Source of the DNA: Felis catus
Taxonomy: Eukaryota
Assembly: GCF_018350175.1 (NCBI RefSeq)
Contig: NC_058368.1
Location: 96,350,001-96,414,000 of the forward strand
DNA length: 64,000 nucleotides
Direction of reading: 5' to 3'
Of the stretch, positions 59,964 through 64,000 are shown piece after piece; the first letter of the stretch is position 1; every line of letters begins with the position of its first letter. Below the pieces are notes generated by a model. The model was not told where the DNA came from. It was given only the letters and a program-made list of their open reading frames with translations, and did no database searches. A program made the position numbers and the translations under genes.

Positions 59964-61049
59964 TAAGGGGTAGAAGCATACAAGATGAACTTTTTACTTT
60001 GCAATGGTGTGTACGTTTCCCCTAAATGGAAATACCTGCAGAGTTTAGTGAGACTTGGTTCTGAGTACTGCTTTAAAATCTGTCATTATCCTAAGAGAAG
60101 CAAAGAAGACATTCATTTTCAAACAGAGACTCTACTTGGTTACTTAAAACCTAAGAAGACAACGAAAAAGATGAAAATTTAGAGAACCTCGTGGGGCTGG
60201 CAAACTTAACCACTAGTTCAGCCATATTGTATGGACTGAGAAGAAAGAAAACCTGTCAGTTGACAGGAAACAGGATGTTCCTTTGCCCTCCCAGAGTATC
60301 TACATGCAGAATTGGTAAGCACTGACCAAGAAGCTCAGCACTGCCTGGGTGTTCCTCCAGTACTTTCAAATCACTAATGTCAGTCCCCTCAAATCATCTA
60401 GTTCTGGATGAAAGCTAACAGTGAAGACATCAACAGTAGAACCTATTTTATCCTTACTGATATGTTTATATTTCCTTTTCATTCCTGAAAACTAATTTCA
60501 TACTGTAACATTTAATCACAAATTACATGAAGATAAAGTAAAACAAAAATACATTCTATTTTATTGTAATATGTGTGTTTCATTTTATTCAAATCCAACA
60601 GGACTTGTTTTTGTTTTCTGGTAAGTGAAGCAGACCAAAACATTTCCAAGGAAATATAACAAGGGATTATTTGTCATCTCATGTAATAAAATGATTTCCA
60701 AACCACAATAAGGAAAACAATATGATTTAGAAATAAATATCATGTGACAAAAAATGTTAAGTAATGATTCAAAATAGACTTGGGTATATGTACATATACA
60801 TGCATACTCAGGTACATGTACTCAGGATACTTCAGCGAGTACTACAAATCAGTGGAAACTTTATCGATTATGGAAGGTAAAGTAAGGGACATTCTCATTT
60901 CACATAACACATTATTTCCAAATCAACAGGAGGTATAAATGAACAAAAGAGGCAAATAAACAAACAAAAACACAAAAGACAGGGATAATATATAAATAAT
61001 AACCCTATGAACTTAAGGTTTTGATGAGTTTAATAGTACAATCATTGAA

Positions 61050-61800
61050 CTTCACAAAATAAAATTTATTGATAAACCTGAGAAAAGGAATTTGTATAAT
61101 ATGGGACTATCTGCTACACTTTTGTCTACCTGGCTAACAGTTTTAATATGTAAAGAGTTTATAAAAATTAATAAGAAAAAAAATGATTTGACAACATCAG
61201 AAATCATCCCAGCTATGTATTTCATTTCTATAAAATAGGGGATTATAGGAGTATCCTATTGTTTATAGGGGTCTTATGAGGATCAAGCAAATCAATAAAA
61301 GTAAAACCCTCAGAATGGTGCTTGGTGTTCACTAAATGTTAGGGAAAAAATACCTTGTTAATAGATTCACAGAGAAAACCCACAAAAGTGCAAGAGATGG
61401 TAAGTGAAAACTGTTAGCCATACTACTAAAAAATACAGAAATAAAATAAAAAGAAATTTAAATTCCAATAATATAAAATGAGTTTACCATAAAAGTTATG
61501 TTTTGAAACAAAGATGTGTAGTGCAACCAAGGCACTATGCAACAGATACTCTCAGCCAGTTTTACCGAACACATGAATTAAACACCATTTTTCTGAAAAG
61601 CAGTTTGGTAGTATTTATCAAGCATATTTTTAAAAAAATATGTATTACCCTAAGGAAACGGTCATTTTAAAAAAAATGCAGGCAAGATATATACCCAAGG
61701 TCTATCATATTTGCATTTATTTACAATAAGAAATTATGTGGATGCTTAATAAGAGGGAAATTGTTGCATCCACGGAGATGATGATTTATATAATAGTATG
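61050..61800 (+). mobile_element. Ancient L1ME 3' ORF2 fragment with an embedded MIR piece (~61210-61345)
   Basis: aatatgtaaagagtttata...caccatttttctgaaaagcagtttggtagtatttatcaa; MIR-like ctataaaataggggattatagg. Confidence 0.5.
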
Positions 61801-63079
61801 CTTTTGTTAATATCATATTTACTTTATGTTAATATCATATTTACTTCAAGACATGTGGAAGTATAATTACTTTCATTTATATACATTTCTCCATTCATTC
61901 AACTATTTGTTATGCTAACGGAGTATATATTACGTAGCAAAAAAATATGTATCATACTAAATACATAAATACTAAAACAGTAAATATTAAAGGAAGGCGC
62001 TATAGAAAGTTAACAGACCTTATTCTTAATATATAAGGAATATGTAAAATTTTAATTTTCTCCTTTTTAAAATTTTCTACTTTCAATAGTAAGAAGGCAT
62101 AACTTCTAAAACTCTTTCTTTTTAACCTTTCCAACTAGCAACATATTAATATATGTAGCTATTAAAAGCCAGAGTTAAAGCCTAGAGATATCTGAGTCAG
62201 ACTATTGCTCTGTGCATTGTTTATAAGATCAGCTCCTCAATTTGTAAATCAATAAGTGTAAGCTGAGTTGTTTTGAGCTTTTCCTTGGGCTTTGCTATTG
62301 CACTGGAGTATAACTAGGATTGTTTAAAAACATTGATTTAAGACCCTGAGTTTTAAGAGTAAACAAAAAATCAGTCTTACAGATTTATTTTAGCTTGCCA
62401 CCTCACATTCCGAACTGGAACTATACCAATCTGAGAAAAAATAAACATACAGATTTGTCTTTTAAAGATCAGATGTCACCCCCCCCAAATAGTTAGTACT
62501 TGGTAATTCTTACTGAAAATAAGAATCCTCCCATTCCTACCTCATGTTAATGAAGACAAGAAGAATGGATTCAGATCATCATAGAGGCCCAGTATATCCT
62601 AGTATGTCAACAGACAGGCAAACTCCAGGAACAGACTGGGTTTAGTTCAGAAAGAGACACAAGGCAAAGGAAAATTTAATGCGACACATGCCACTATTAT
62701 TCAACAAAAAAATAGTCAGGAGCTGTCTCATAGAGAATAACAGAAGGTTGTAGGTTCAAAAGAGGTATTTAGTCAAAATAAATGGCACCGTAAAGTTACC
62801 AAGCAGCACTCTTAAGAGATGTTTTGCCCAAGTTCAAATGATTTTGAGCTCATTTTAAATGTGGGACAGGTTGAGGTTGGCCCAGTATGTTACAGAAAAG
62901 GAGTGGGTGAAGAAAGGTGATTAAGCCCTCTGCCATTTATCATAGGAACTTTAAGAGTGAGCAGTATTTCCCATGATAGTTTAGAAAAGAAATTTGAATG
63001 GCTCCTATAGGAAGTTCATAGCCACTGAAAGGTGGGCAGGGGGAGAAGAGCTCAGAGAAGCAGAAAATGTAAATAAAAG

Positions 63080-63730
63080 ACCCGATGTCTAAGGGGCAGA
63101 GGTGTCATTGAAGACTTTTTTATAAAGGGGAATGGCATGTTCAGGTTTGCGTTTTATAAAGATTATCTCAACTGGTATGTTGAAAATGGATTGGTCAATA
63201 TGGGAGGCAGAGGGGACAGCGGAGGAGTGGTCAGGGGATGATTGCCTGCCCTAAGGTTGGAGGAGAACAATCAGAAAGAAGTGGACAGATGGGGGTGAGT
63301 TTCATGAAGTCACAAAAGCCACCTCTGGTGGCTGATTGAACTTGGAAGATGTGACAAAGAGAGAGAAGAACCGAGCTGGAATGTTGGTTTTTCTTGGATA
63401 TTTGGGGATGTGGTCACTCACTGAGAATGAAACATCAAGTGAGAGACAGGCTGGTCACATGTGGACAAGAGGAAAATGACAGTTTCAATACGGGAAAGGT
63501 GGAGATAGCCAATAGATGGTTAGACATAAACGTATGGACCTCAACAGAGAGGTCTGGCCCAAGAGCAAGTTCTGCGATGGATATGAAGGGGATCATCTAA
63601 GAAGAGAAAAAACTCTGATGTAAAGAAAGAGGGGCTTAAGAAGGAAAAGTCGCAGAGAGCGGAGATAGACAAGAAAATGGCCGTGCCATTGAGGTTAAAG
63701 AAATATGTTAAGTATTAATGAAAAAGAGTA
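63080..63730 (-). mobile_element. L2 fragment
   Basis: gtcattgaagacttttt...gcatgttcaggtttgcgttttataaagattatc...cactcactgagaatg...gagaggtctgg. Confidence 0.65.
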
Positions 63731-64000
63731 TCGAAGAAATACAATCATCTTTAATCCACCATCATCTATATATTATTGTAACAATAAGGGAGAAGGAAGT
63801 TTCCATTACTTTCCATCACTAACTTTTGGAAGCTTTCATTTCGTCTGAGCAATATGTTTAGTGATAATATATTAATTTAAGACAATCATACGTTTGTTTG
63901 CTTTTCAAATGGGTGGAGGTTGAGGTGGGGCGGTGGGGGGGGGGGAAGGACTGTTTTAAACCAGATATACCAAAGGATCACTTAGGAGGTGATTTCTGAA

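Noticed and set aside
1..64000. CRISPR array, operon or prokaryote-type defence system; CpG-island promoter
   Set aside because: The dispersed ~200-bp repeats are SINEs with irregular multi-kb spacing. The sequence is mammalian, gene-poor and CpG-depleted, and the only GC-richer blocks are old L1 5' UTRs and young SINEs.

Overview
AT-rich, CpG-depleted mammalian nuclear DNA. About 33 tRNA-derived Can-SINE copies of the felid (SINEC_Fc-like) type point to a cat or other felid genome. The window looks intergenic or deep intronic. I recognise no host protein-coding exon, RNA gene, CpG island or CRISPR/prokaryotic feature. The ORF-track entries with recognisable sequence derive from SINEs, degenerate LINE-1 or microsatellites; the rest match no protein I recognise. 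Content is layered transposable elements: LINE-1 (including a nested L1-in-L1 and internally deleted copies that retain the 5' UTR), L2, MIR, MaLR (MLT1) solo LTRs, hAT and Tigger DNA transposon fossils, and microsatellites. I did not find a convincing new biological system. The most unusual signals are mutational scars: (1) a 148-bp inverted copy of a neighbouring MLT1 LTR segment pasted into another LTR 1.4 kb away; (2) a TSD-flanked, AATAAA-bearing non-SINE retro-insert inside L1 ORF1; (3) two fold-back/template-switch insertions in one L1. There is also one weak minus-strand exon candidate and a CpG-retaining enhancer-like stretch. Repeat family names come from recall of consensus sequences by eye, not from a database search. 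Boundaries are approximate unless TSD coordinates are given.
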